Made by a program: the position numbers and the translations under genes. 64,000 bases of DNA from Patescibacteria group bacterium (GTDB taxonomy: Bacteria; Patescibacteriota; Doudnabacteria; UBA920), in the NCBI GenBank assembly GCA_036726225.1, contig DAIMCS010000003.1, positions 9,769-73,768 on the forward strand. Reading direction: 5' to 3'. A model generated the notes under the pieces. That model was not told the DNA's origin and did not search any database. It was given only the letters and a program-made list of their open reading frames with translations. Below are positions 1-7,403 of this stretch, piece by piece (the first letter of the stretch is position 1; each line of letters starts with the position of its first letter).

Positions 1-277
1 CTCCGCTTACTGCAAGCGCTGCTGCTACGTCGTCCTGCGTGGAGAGGGGATTGCTGCCGCAAAGCGCAACTTTTGCCCCGCCCATAACTAAGGCTTTAAC
101 CAGCACAGCGGTTTCTTTGGTTACGTGCAGGCACGCGGCAATGCTTATATCTTTAAAGGGTTGGTCTTTTTTAAACCTGTCCATTAAAATCTGCAACACC
201 GGCATTTCCCTTTGCGCGAGCGCAATATTTATTTTGCCTTGTTTGGCAAGTTTAAGGTTTTTAACTTTGTGAGGCAT
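1..277 (-). CDS. ahcY: S-adenosyl-L-homocysteine hydrolase, N-terminal 91 codons. The gene runs off the window start and is not in the ORF track because it is truncated.
   Basis: The reverse-complement translation from the ATG at 275-277 reads MPHKVKNLKLAKQGKINIALAQREMPVLQILMDRFKKDQPFKDISIAACLHVTKETAVLVKALVMGGAKVALCGSNPLSTQDD. It matches the AhcY N-terminal motifs EMPxLM, CLHxTxxTAVL and STQD. An AAGGA ribosome-binding site lies 9 nt upstream. Confidence 0.8.
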   Translation of the reverse strand, partial: MPHKVKNLKLAKQGKINIALAQREMPVLQILMDRFKKDQPFKDISIAACLHVTKETAVLVKALVMGGAKVALCGSNPLSTQDDVAAALAVSG

Positions 278-318
278 TTTGATAATCCTTATTTGTTAGA
301 CTTCCGCCCTGGGCGCAT

Positions 319-340
319 CCCTGCCGGCCGGGCAGGCGGG
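319..340. repeat. GC-rich palindrome, family B (CCCTGCCGGCCGGGCAGGCGGG), in the ahcY 5' region
   Basis: Near-perfect palindrome. Related copies are at 17744..17763 and 20666..20685. Confidence 0.6.
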
Positions 341-399
341 CGCCTCCGGCGGAAATAATATCCGCATTAGTATAGCAGAAAAGCGGGCGATTTAAAATT

Positions 400-434
400 C
401 CCCTCCCTTTATGGGAGGGGTTAGGGGAGGGTGG
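400..434. repeat. GC-only palindromic element, family A (CCCCTCCCTTTATGGGAGGGGTTAGGGGAGGGTGG), intergenic copy
   Basis: A stem-loop plus a half-copy tail. It abuts the stop codon of the minus-strand ORF at 435. Related copies are at 24715..24749 and 40279..40361, with variants at 10187..10225 and 18093..18119. Confidence 0.7.
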
Positions 435-716
435 CTATTGCTCAATACTATTTAACTCGTTTTGGATTTCAATGTGGTTCTGGATTTCTGAAGTGTTATT
501 TAGTTTAACTTGTTCTATGGCGCTGTCGCCGGTTTTTTTCACCGACTCCCGACTGCTCGAGCCGCCATAATACATAGCAAAAATAATTGCAATTATTACA
601 ATTGCTAAAATTAGGGAAATTAATACAAAGCCTTGATTTTTGTCTGAAGCGATCATTTTTGTTATTATAGCATAATCTACGCGGAACGAATTCACGTTAA
701 AAAAATTGGAGGACAA
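435..716 (-). CDS. hypothetical small membrane protein with one N-terminal transmembrane segment
   Basis: 93-aa ORF. The hydrophobic segment is GFVLISLILAIVIIAIIFAMYY. It is pilin-like but lacks the Glu at +5. Confidence 0.4.
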   Translation of the reverse strand: MSSNFFNVNSFRVDYAIITKMIASDKNQGFVLISLILAIVIIAIIFAMYYGGSSSRESVKKTGDSAIEQVKLNNTSEIQNHIEIQNELNSIEQ

Positions 717-717
717 A

Positions 718-924
718 ATGTCACACGGACTTCGTCAAGGCGTGCGCTTTACTGAACCTCAATTGCAAAGAATCATTGCACTGCTCACAACCACTGATAT
801 GCCGATTCCGCAAATAGCAAAACGAATGCAATGTTCGCGTAGCGCTGTGATCTCGATAAATAGGAAGTATGCTATACGTGACTACGCAGGGAGAAGACAA
901 AGTTGGACGCAATTGAAGACGTGA
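718..924 (+). CDS. small helix-turn-helix protein (IS3-OrfA / sigma region-4-like HTH)
   Basis: GGAGG ribosome-binding site 7 nt upstream of the ATG at 718. The pattern FTEPQLQRIIALL..IPQIAKRMQCSRSAVISINRKY resembles transposase-OrfA HTH domains. GC is elevated relative to the flanks. Confidence 0.45.
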   Translation: MSHGLRQGVRFTEPQLQRIIALLTTTDMPIPQIAKRMQCSRSAVISINRKYAIRDYAGRRQSWTQLKT

Positions 925-975
925 AGGAATGAGTGAAAGCCCTTGTTTTTTCTGCAAGGTGCGCGCGTTTTTAGG

Positions 976-1012
976 CCGGAGTAAGCAGGCGCTTACTCCG
1001 GATTTTGTTTAT
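976..1012 (+). terminator. rho-independent terminator
   Basis: Hairpin CCGGAGTAAGC-AGGC-GCTTACTCCGG followed by ATTTTGTTTATT. Confidence 0.6.
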
Positions 1013-1100
1013 TGCGGCTATTGACGGTGTTGCCTTCCTATGGTAGTGTTATGCAACCAAATATACCGCTTAAGACGGTTTTCTTCAGGAGGAATTACCG

Positions 1101-1445
1101 ATGCCACGAGCAAATAGAACGATTTCAGCGATTGATGCAAATCTCATTGTGAGTTTTAGCGACCAGCACGCTTTGACGAAACTCCGAAAGCGAGTGGGCC
1201 GACCAACCGAGGGTACTGAGGTTGTGCTTGGACGCATCAAGAACAACGGCGTTGACCTTGTTGTCCGATACACCGAAAAAGGACCGGTCTACCGGTTGTC
1301 GGGCGGAACAAAAGAAGACGTTAAGGCTGTCCGGTCGAGGATCCTTAACGAGCAGGACTTCTTCACCGACTTTAAACCTGCCGTCAGCGCCACTACTCCG
1401 GCCGAACCTCAAGTTGAGATTAGTGTAGCAGCGCCAGCGGAGTAA
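1101..1445 (+). CDS. hypothetical protein, GC-elevated (about 50%)
   Basis: 114-aa ORF. AGGAGG ribosome-binding site upstream of the ATG at 1101. No recognisable domain. Its composition is unlike the surrounding AT-rich DNA. Confidence 0.5.
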   Translation: MPRANRTISAIDANLIVSFSDQHALTKLRKRVGRPTEGTEVVLGRIKNNGVDLVVRYTEKGPVYRLSGGTKEDVKAVRSRILNEQDFFTDFKPAVSATTPAEPQVEISVAAPAE

Positions 1446-1461
1446 ATGGCGGAGAGTCATA

Positions 1462-1520
1462 AGGCGTTACTCTTTGGAAGGATTCAGCAATGAATCCGGT
1501 ATTTCCAAAGAGTAACGCCT
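1462..1520 (+). terminator. long perfect hairpin with an 18-bp stem and a nested inner hairpin, probable terminator
   Basis: AGGCGTTACTCTTTGGAA ... TTCCAAAGAGTAACGCCT. The inner hairpin is GGATTCA-GCAA-TGAATCC. A T-rich tract follows. Confidence 0.5.
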
Positions 1521-1599
1521 GTATTATTGGTATAGCTTTTTTTAAGCATTTATGTTAAAATATCCAGAGTTGTCGGCCGTCCCGCTGAGCGGGATCATC

Positions 1600-1618
1600 T
1601 GGTAGAGCAACGGTTTTG
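1600..1618 (+). other. tRNA fragment: 19-nt identical copy of the tRNA-Thr D-arm and anticodon-stem region
   Basis: TGGTAGAGCAACGGTTTTG matches 1728..1746 of the intact tRNA-Thr. The flanking sequence does not fold into a cloverleaf. Confidence 0.5.
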
Positions 1619-1675
1619 CTCCGGCGTGAAGTCGAAGTCCCGACTCTCGAAAAAGCGAGACGTCGGGATAAACCG

Positions 1676-1805
1676 CCCCGCAGCATTTTTCAAATTATCA
1701 TCGGTAGCACGCCGATGTAGCTCAGTTGGTAGAGCAACGGTTTTGTAAACCGTAGGTCGTCGGTTCAAGCCCGACCATCGGCTCCATTTGAAAAATGCTG
1801 CGGGG
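1676..1805 (+). repeat. perfect 19-bp inverted repeat enclosing tRNA-Thr
   Basis: 1676..1694 is CCCCGCAGCATTTTTCAAA. 1787..1805 is TTTGAAAAATGCTGCGGGG, its exact reverse complement. Confidence 0.8.
1711..1786 (+). tRNA. tRNA-Thr (anticodon TGT)
   Basis: Cloverleaf read by hand. Acceptor GCCGATG/CATCGGC. D-arm GCTC-AGTTGGTA-GAGC. Anticodon stem ACGGT/ACCGT with loop TTTGTAA. T-arm GTCGG-TTCAAGC-CCGAC. CCA is encoded. Confidence 0.85.
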
Positions 1806-1877
1806 TAATAGCAACAAAGATTATTTTCGCCGAATAATCTAAACTAAAATTTTTAATCAATAATCAATAATCTAAAA

Positions 1878-2033
1878 ATGTCACAAGATCACCTTATAAA
1901 CTTGGAATGTACAGTTTGCCACAACTTAAACTATCAAACCAAGAAGAATAAAAAAAATACCGCCAAAAGGTTAGAGCTGAAAAAATTCTGCAAATTCTGT
2001 AAAAAGATGCAGCTCCACAAGGAAACCAAATAG
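1878..2033 (+). CDS. rpmG: 50S ribosomal protein L33
   Basis: 51-aa ORF, below the ORF-track length cutoff. The translation is [51 protein letters not shown]. It shows the L33 CxxC...CxxC signature and the C-terminal HKETK. Confidence 0.85.
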   Translation: MSQDHLINLECTVCHNLNYQTKKNKKNTAKRLELKKFCKFCKKMQLHKETK

Positions 2034-2198
2034 CCCAAGCCCTATTATCATAAATTTAGGGATCCCAAAAACGTGGAGCGCATCCGCCCTTGGCGGAGGC
2101 ACGCGTTTTTGGGAAAAAGGAGCAACAACGAATTAAGTGAAAGTTTTGTTTTTACAAAACTTGAACGATAATGAGTTTGTTGCGACGAGGGGGGTTCG

Positions 2199-2272
2199 TA
2201 CAATGGTAGTACTGCGGTCTCCAAAACCGTTAATGTGGGTTCGATTCCTACACCCCCTGCCATAAAAAGTCC
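2199..2272 (+). tRNA. tRNA-Trp (anticodon CCA)
   Basis: Acceptor GGGGGGT/ACCCCCT. D-arm GTAC-AATGGTA-GTAC. Anticodon stem GCGGT/ACCGT with loop CTCCAAA. T-arm GTGGG-TTCGATT-CCTAC. Discriminator G, then CCA. Confidence 0.85.
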
Positions 2273-2275
2273 ACC

Positions 2276-2308
2276 GGCTAGTCCGGATGGACTTTTTATG
2301 ATTGTAGT
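2276..2308 (+). terminator. hairpin plus T-tract after tRNA-Trp
   Basis: AGTCCACCGG-CTAGT-CCGGATGGACT followed by TTTTT. Confidence 0.5.
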
Positions 2309-2443
2309 AGGAATCGAACGGGTTGAAGCGAGGCTAGGTTGACTCAGCAGAGTCAACCACAGCCGAGCGATCTGCAATGCGAGCTGGCGCAGCATTGCAG
2401 CAACCCAGGGCAACGAAGTCCCACTGCAGTGGGACGAGGCGGA

Positions 2444-2462
2444 ATTCCTACACCCCCTGCCA
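2444..2462 (+). repeat. 19-bp direct repeat of the tRNA-Trp 3' end (att-like)
   Basis: ATTCCTACACCCCCTGCCA is identical to 2254..2272. The upstream context cannot form a T-arm, so it is not a second tRNA. Confidence 0.75.
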
Positions 2463-2545
2463 AAAGAATTCCTGTTAACGCAGGAGTTTTTTTGTTATAA
2501 TAAGTTTGGAAAAATAATGACGTCTCCATTTCATTTAATTACTCT

Positions 2546-3283
2546 ATGGACAAGTTTGAATCTGAATTTAATCCTACCCCTGAAAAATTTTCTCCTAACC
2601 AAGAGTTCGGAGAAGGCGCGGCGGATTTTATAGAAAGGGCTGCCAGCCAATCTGTTTCTAGGAGCTTTGATATTGCCGCTAATGAGAAGAAAAATTTTTA
2701 CTCACAAACAAGGATTTATGACGACCCTGGTTTAAAAGAACAAGAAGAACAACCTTTGCGGACTATTGAAGACTATTTTTGTAAAGCTGGTTTTTTGGAA
2801 GCATGCTACACCAAACTTTCAGGTAAAAATTTAATTGCGGAAGAAAATCGGGTGGAAATAGAAAAAGCCTTTAAAAGCCAATTATTGCGTGACAAAAATA
2901 ATTGGCTTAAGGACACAAGTCATGACCTGCCTTCACCTGTGGCTTGGAATGTCGCAGATTATTATTTATTTATGGGGCAAAAGGACTGGGATGAACAGAC
3001 TAACAATTTGGTTGAAAAGACTTTGAAGAGTGAGGTTGTAAATGAATTGGCTCAAAATAATAGAAGAAATTTGGAAGCAGCGGAAGCAGCGTCAAGGTAT
3101 GTTTTGTTAAGCGGTAAAAATGATTTTTTACCGGAAGAATTAACAATTATGTTAACCGCTCTTAAAGAACGTTTTAACCAGTCAAGAGAGGCTGAAAATC
3201 AAGACCCTATTTTCCCCCCGGCTGCAGAGAACGCATTAAGATTTGCTGCTTTTTACTCAATTTTGAAGAAAAAAGAAGCATAG
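2546..3283 (+). CDS. hypothetical protein
   Basis: 245-aa ORF with no recognisable motifs. Confidence 0.5.
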   Translation: MDKFESEFNPTPEKFSPNQEFGEGAADFIERAASQSVSRSFDIAANEKKNFYSQTRIYDDPGLKEQEEQPLRTIEDYFCKAGFLEACYTKLSGKNLIAEENRVEIEKAFKSQLLRDKNNWLKDTSHDLPSPVAWNVADYYLFMGQKDWDEQTNNLVEKTLKSEVVNELAQNNRRNLEAAEAASRYVLLSGKNDFLPEELTIMLTALKERFNQSREAENQDPIFPPAAENALRFAAFYSILKKKEA

Positions 3284-3348
3284 GATTTAGAAGGCCTGTT
3301 ATTTTTTAAAACAATTAGAACGCTGTTCTACACTGACTGCCACAAAAA

Positions 3349-3376
3349 AGCACAACGTTTGAGCTGTGCTTTTTTG
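3349..3376 (+). terminator. rho-independent terminator
   Basis: AGCACA-loop-TGTGCT followed by TTTTTG. Confidence 0.55.
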
Positions 3377-3426
3377 TGTTAGAAATGGGCCATGTCCAAA
3401 ATTTCATAATCATTTCATAATAGGTA

Positions 3427-3435
3427 TGGTATAAT
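3427..3435 (+). promoter_or_regulatory. extended -10 promoter element TGgTATAAT
   Basis: Sequence match, 28 nt upstream of the ATG at 3463. Confidence 0.4.
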
Positions 3436-3462
3436 TAACGTGAGTTTTTATTAAAAAAATTT

Positions 3463-4167
3463 ATGGACTTTCAACAAAACAACACTATTGTTGACCCAGC
3501 TTTTGCCCAAGACGAGCAAAGCTTTATTACACAAGTTTTTGGCTGGATGGCAACGGCTTTGTTAATTAGCGCATTAGCTGCTTATTATGTTTCGAGTACT
3601 CCTTCCATAATTGAGTTTGTTTTTGGCACCCCCTTTGTTTTTTACGGATTTCTAATACTCGAATTGCTCATGGTGGCCTATTTAGCCGGCATGGTAAAAA
3701 CCATGTCGCTTACCACCGCGCGCATAACTTTTATTATCTATTCAGTTCTCAACGGTGTAACTTTAAGTTTTATTTTTTTAATTTATACTTCAGGTTCTAT
3801 TGCGGTTACATTTTTTATTTCAGCGGGCGTATTTGGGGCAATGGCAATCTATGGTTATTTTACAAAGACCGATTTAACCTCTTGGGGGAATTTGTTGTTT
3901 ATGGCACTTTTGGGTTTAATAGTGGCAAGCGTAGTAAATTTGTTTTGGTTTAACGAAACGTTATATTGGGTAACCACCTATGCCGGAATTTTAATTTTTG
4001 TGGGACTAACGGCCTATGATGTGCAAAAAATAAAAAATATGAATACGGTCATGGACGGTAATTCCGACGAAGATAAGAAAGAAGCAATTATGGGAGCGCT
4101 GACATTGTATCTTGATTTCATTAACTTGTTTTTAAATTTCTTAAGGATATTTGGCAAAAGGAAATAA
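3463..4167 (+). CDS. Bax-inhibitor-1 / YccA family membrane protein
   Basis: 234 aa with seven hydrophobic segments. The C-terminal GALTLYLDFINLFLNFLRIF matches the BI-1 family signature. Confidence 0.7.
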   Translation: MDFQQNNTIVDPAFAQDEQSFITQVFGWMATALLISALAAYYVSSTPSIIEFVFGTPFVFYGFLILELLMVAYLAGMVKTMSLTTARITFIIYSVLNGVTLSFIFLIYTSGSIAVTFFISAGVFGAMAIYGYFTKTDLTSWGNLLFMALLGLIVASVVNLFWFNETLYWVTTYAGILIFVGLTAYDVQKIKNMNTVMDGNSDEDKKEAIMGALTLYLDFINLFLNFLRIFGKRK

Positions 4168-4232
4168 AAGCAATAATAAAAAAAGCTCAACTTATTGTTG
4201 GGGTTTTTTTGTATGGAAAAGTTATATCTAAA

Positions 4233-5444
4233 TTAACCTAAAACTAAAAACCCGGTAAGGTACATTATTAGCAAGCCGACAAAAAAACCTAAAACATTTG
4301 TAACTGTAAATATGGAAGACCATTTATCTTTTGCCATAAAGTGGAGAATGTCAAAAGTAACATCAAAAATTGCTCCGCTGCCAATGGCCAAAAAGAGCAC
4401 GCCGTAAACAGGGGAGTACGCAAAGCCGCCAATTAAGCTGCCAAGGATGGTGGGGGCGCCGGCTAACAGTCCCAGTAGTAAAAGGTGGCCTAAAATTTTT
4501 CCTGTTTTACTTTTAGTTTCGCCGTGGGCTAGGGGGGAGATTATTGCAACTCCTTCCGTAACGTTATGGACCATAAAACCAATTACAAGCGTAGAACCCA
4601 AGGCAACTTCACCGACGGCGTAAGCACTGCCAATTGCCAAGCCCTCGCTTAAATTATGCAGGCCAATGCCAAGCGCGATTAAATATGCCCAAACTAAAGC
4701 CCTTAAATGACCGCCTCTTTCCGCCATATGGAATTCGGTTTTATAGCTGACAGCGCCCAAAACTAAAATTGCGGAAATAAAACCAATCACCAAAAGCCCA
4801 ACCCCGTTAAAAGCATTTGGTAGGACTTTAATTAATTCAATCGATTCAGCCAGGGTATCAAAACCTAAAAACAGCAACAGCCCAATAGTTAAAGAGAGTA
4901 AGAACAAATAACCTTTGCCTCTGAGCCTGCGCAAAAATGGAAACCAGAGCAGCCCGAGCAGTATGGGTATAACCCCTACATACACGCCTAAGATAATAAA
5001 AGTCTTTAAATATTTTTCGTCAACCGTTGGCGTTAAAAACGCCACGTCAACTGCTTTTTCAAAAGTAACGCCGTCATTGGAAATAAGGGTGAACGCAATG
5101 GGGTCACCGTCAGTCCACGGATAGGCCAAGGAGACCACACCGCTTTCCAACGGTTTTAAAGTGTTGCCCGGCGTCATGGTAAATTTCCAAATAATCTCAT
5201 TAACCACGGCCTGGGCGACAGTTACAGGCTCCGGGCCATCGTTAAAAACTTCCAATTCAACGCGTTCAGGTGTGAAAACAACCCTTTGGATGACGAGCTT
5301 TTCAACAGGCGGCAATTCGGCTTTAAACACTCCCAGCGGGCCGTATTTAAGGAATCCCCACAAAAGTAAAACAAGTAAAAACAGGGGCAGCAAAAAACTT
5401 GCCCAGGTTTTTAAATATTTACTTAATATTTTTTCATCTGGCAT
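4233..5444 (-). CDS. ZIP-family metal cation transporter with an N-terminal extracytoplasmic extension
   Basis: The ZIP signature motifs HNLSEGLAIG and HNVTEGVAII sit within transmembrane segments. Confidence 0.7.
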   Translation of the reverse strand: MPDEKILSKYLKTWASFLLPLFLLVLLLWGFLKYGPLGVFKAELPPVEKLVIQRVVFTPERVELEVFNDGPEPVTVAQAVVNEIIWKFTMTPGNTLKPLESGVVSLAYPWTDGDPIAFTLISNDGVTFEKAVDVAFLTPTVDEKYLKTFIILGVYVGVIPILLGLLWFPFLRRLRGKGYLFLLSLTIGLLLFLGFDTLAESIELIKVLPNAFNGVGLLVIGFISAILVLGAVSYKTEFHMAERGGHLRALVWAYLIALGIGLHNLSEGLAIGSAYAVGEVALGSTLVIGFMVHNVTEGVAIISPLAHGETKSKTGKILGHLLLLGLLAGAPTILGSLIGGFAYSPVYGVLFLAIGSGAIFDVTFDILHFMAKDKWSSIFTVTNVLGFFVGLLIMYLTGFLVLG

Positions 5445-5448
5445 AAAT

Positions 5449-6489
5449 TTATTCCATTACCATAAACATACCGGTCCAGCCTAATTCGGAAAATTCCGTA
5501 ACGTGAGAGTGGAACATATACATACCCGGTTCCCTGAAACGTACGTCTAAAATTGACCTTTCCGCCTGGCCCATAACTATAGTGTCTGTAAAATTATCGG
5601 GAGTTTGGCTCGTCCCTGTTTTGTACTCGTTAAAAAAATTAGCGTGGAGATGGAATGAATTTACCGGGTCAAGTTCTAACATGTTAGCCAAATAAACGCG
5701 GACCAACTCACCTTTTTTAACGTGAATGGGGTTGTCATTGTAAACAAATGCCTGCGTGTTAACTGCGTAAACTTCGTTGGCGCCGTCAACGTTAACATCA
5801 AAACCGTTCATTACCATTATTAACTCTTTGTCTGCCTTGGGCCTGGTGTCCACTTTGGGGTCCACTATATAAGCCCCGTATAAACCCTTTGATATATGCT
5901 GGGAAACGGGATAGCTGTGGCAATGATAAACATGAGTGCCAAAGGGCAGGGCTTTAAATTCATATTCAAAGTTTTCTCCTGGCAAAACCATATCCTCAAA
6001 AGCTGAACCGTCCATTTCTGCTGAATGGAAACCGTGGAAATGCGCACTGTGGGGTTTGGTGCCGCCGTTAACGAGGCTGATTCTAATTGTGTCGCCTTCG
6101 GTAGCGCGGATTGTGGGCCCCGGCACCTGGCCGTTATAAGTCCAGGCCGGGTAAAAGACGCCGGGCGCAACCTCAATTTCTTTATCTACAATATAAAATT
6201 TATATTCACGAAGCAGTGTACCGTTGGGCAGGGGAGTTTCGTTATAATATTGGGCCCGCTCGCTGGGTGGAAGGTTATTAAAATTCCAGGTGGTCAAAAA
6301 TTCAGTCGCGTCGAAGTCATCGGTTTGGTACTTTCCGGTGGCGCCAATATTTTCCTGGGCATGCTGCTGCAAATGTTCATAGTCAGGTTCTTCTGAAGGC
6401 TGGTGAATAATTGCAAGCAGCCTGTAGCCGACAAATACCGCCACAATTGCCGCAACAACGCTAATTAAGGTTAGGGAAATTTTTTTCAT
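5449..6489 (-). CDS. membrane-anchored two-cupredoxin-domain multicopper oxidase (NirK/small-laccase-like)
   Basis: Cu-ligand motifs HSAHFHGFH, HVYHCHSYPVSQHISKGLYG (HCH...H) and MFHSHV. N-terminal transmembrane anchor. Confidence 0.6.
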   Translation of the reverse strand: MKKISLTLISVVAAIVAVFVGYRLLAIIHQPSEEPDYEHLQQHAQENIGATGKYQTDDFDATEFLTTWNFNNLPPSERAQYYNETPLPNGTLLREYKFYIVDKEIEVAPGVFYPAWTYNGQVPGPTIRATEGDTIRISLVNGGTKPHSAHFHGFHSAEMDGSAFEDMVLPGENFEYEFKALPFGTHVYHCHSYPVSQHISKGLYGAYIVDPKVDTRPKADKELIMVMNGFDVNVDGANEVYAVNTQAFVYNDNPIHVKKGELVRVYLANMLELDPVNSFHLHANFFNEYKTGTSQTPDNFTDTIVMGQAERSILDVRFREPGMYMFHSHVTEFSELGWTGMFMVME

Positions 6490-6493
6490 AGGT

Positions 6494-6919
6494 TTATATT
6501 TGGGGTATGGCTACTCCATGAGGGTCGTACTTGGGGTGGCCAATGAACCGGTCGAGTTTTTTTATGACATTGTCAGAAAAAGCATGCTCCAGCTTATGTG
6601 CTTCAGCGTGCACTTTATTTTTAGGAATTTTTAATTTCCGGTTTAAAAAAACTTCAATCAGGCGGTGTTTGTAAGTTAGTTTTTTCCCAATTAGTGTGCC
6701 TTTTTTTGTAAGCTCAACAGAAGAATAAAAAGCGGGTTTGATTAATTTTTGTGCCATAAGCTCGTGTAACCTTTCGGAGACTGTAGACTTACTCAAATTT
6801 AAATAACGGGCAATTTGGGTTGCCCCAACTTTGCCGTATCTTTGTTTGAGTATGAATATGGCCCTTATATAGTCTTCCTTAGTGGAAGTAAGGGGCTTAT
6901 TCTTAGGTCGCTTTTTCAA
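6494..6919 (-). CDS. DtxR/MntR-family metal-dependent transcriptional regulator
   Basis: KEDYIRAIFIL...ATQIARYLNLSKSTVSERLHEL is a DtxR-type winged HTH. Confidence 0.7.
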   Translation of the reverse strand: MKKRPKNKPLTSTKEDYIRAIFILKQRYGKVGATQIARYLNLSKSTVSERLHELMAQKLIKPAFYSSVELTKKGTLIGKKLTYKHRLIEVFLNRKLKIPKNKVHAEAHKLEHAFSDNVIKKLDRFIGHPKYDPHGVAIPQI

Positions 6920-7114
6920 GTAAAAATGTATTTAAAGGGCTCCCAAATTTTCTGCTGCGATTTAGTTTTTGGAAAATTTGGGAAGAGGGGCAACGCCCGA
7001 AACGACGGTGAGTCCCGCCTTTGGCGGAACGAACGAAGTGAGGGCGATTGACCCGAGTTCGCCAATACGAACTTTTAGATATAATATATTATCTATGTCT
7101 TTTTGTCAACAAAT

Positions 7115-7141
7115 AAAACCCCGTCTCTAGAACGGGGTTTT
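7115..7141. terminator. bidirectional terminator
   Basis: AAAA-CCCCGT-ctctaga-ACGGGG-TTTT. Confidence 0.6.
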
Positions 7142-7178
7142 AAAGTTTGAATTTGGCCATTTGCATAATGCAAGAGGT

Positions 7179-7370
7179 TTAAAGTCGGGTTTGTGCACGG
7201 TCTGAATATTCAACGTGCGGCTCGGTTGCGCCTCCCCAAAAACCTAAAACAGCGACCACTAAACCTGTAACTACCATTAATGTCCTAGCGCCGCCGGATG
7301 GGATATACATATAGGAAGCCACAATAACCCAAAGGCCCAGGAGGCCATTTAACCATTCTGTCCAAGACAT
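7179..7370 (-). CDS. small two-TM membrane protein
   Basis: Probable start MSWTEWLNGLLGLWVIV. Two hydrophobic helices. Confidence 0.45.
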   Translation of the reverse strand: MSWTEWLNGLLGLWVIVASYMYIPSGGARTLMVVTGLVVAVLGFWGGATEPHVEYSDRAQTRL

Positions 7371-7403
7371 ATATTTTATCCTTTCACAGCACGTATTACG
7401 CAC

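Noticed and set aside
39-272. 77-aa plus-strand ORF at the window start
   Set aside because: It lies antisense to a clear AhcY N-terminus encoded on the minus strand (1..277), which has a ribosome-binding site. The plus-strand ORF is a shadow frame.
1560-1680. Possible complete second tRNA upstream of tRNA-Thr
   Set aside because: Only a 19-nt D-arm/anticodon-stem copy is present. No acceptor stem or T-arm can be paired in either orientation.
2048-2413. 121-aa minus-strand ORF spanning tRNA-Trp and the structured 170-bp segment
   Set aside because: It overlaps a confidently folded tRNA and a region dominated by perfect hairpins, and it has no ribosome-binding site. Spurious.
2431-2462. Second functional tRNA-Trp
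   Set aside because: Only the last 19 nt are duplicated, and the preceding bases (CGAGG) cannot form a T-stem.
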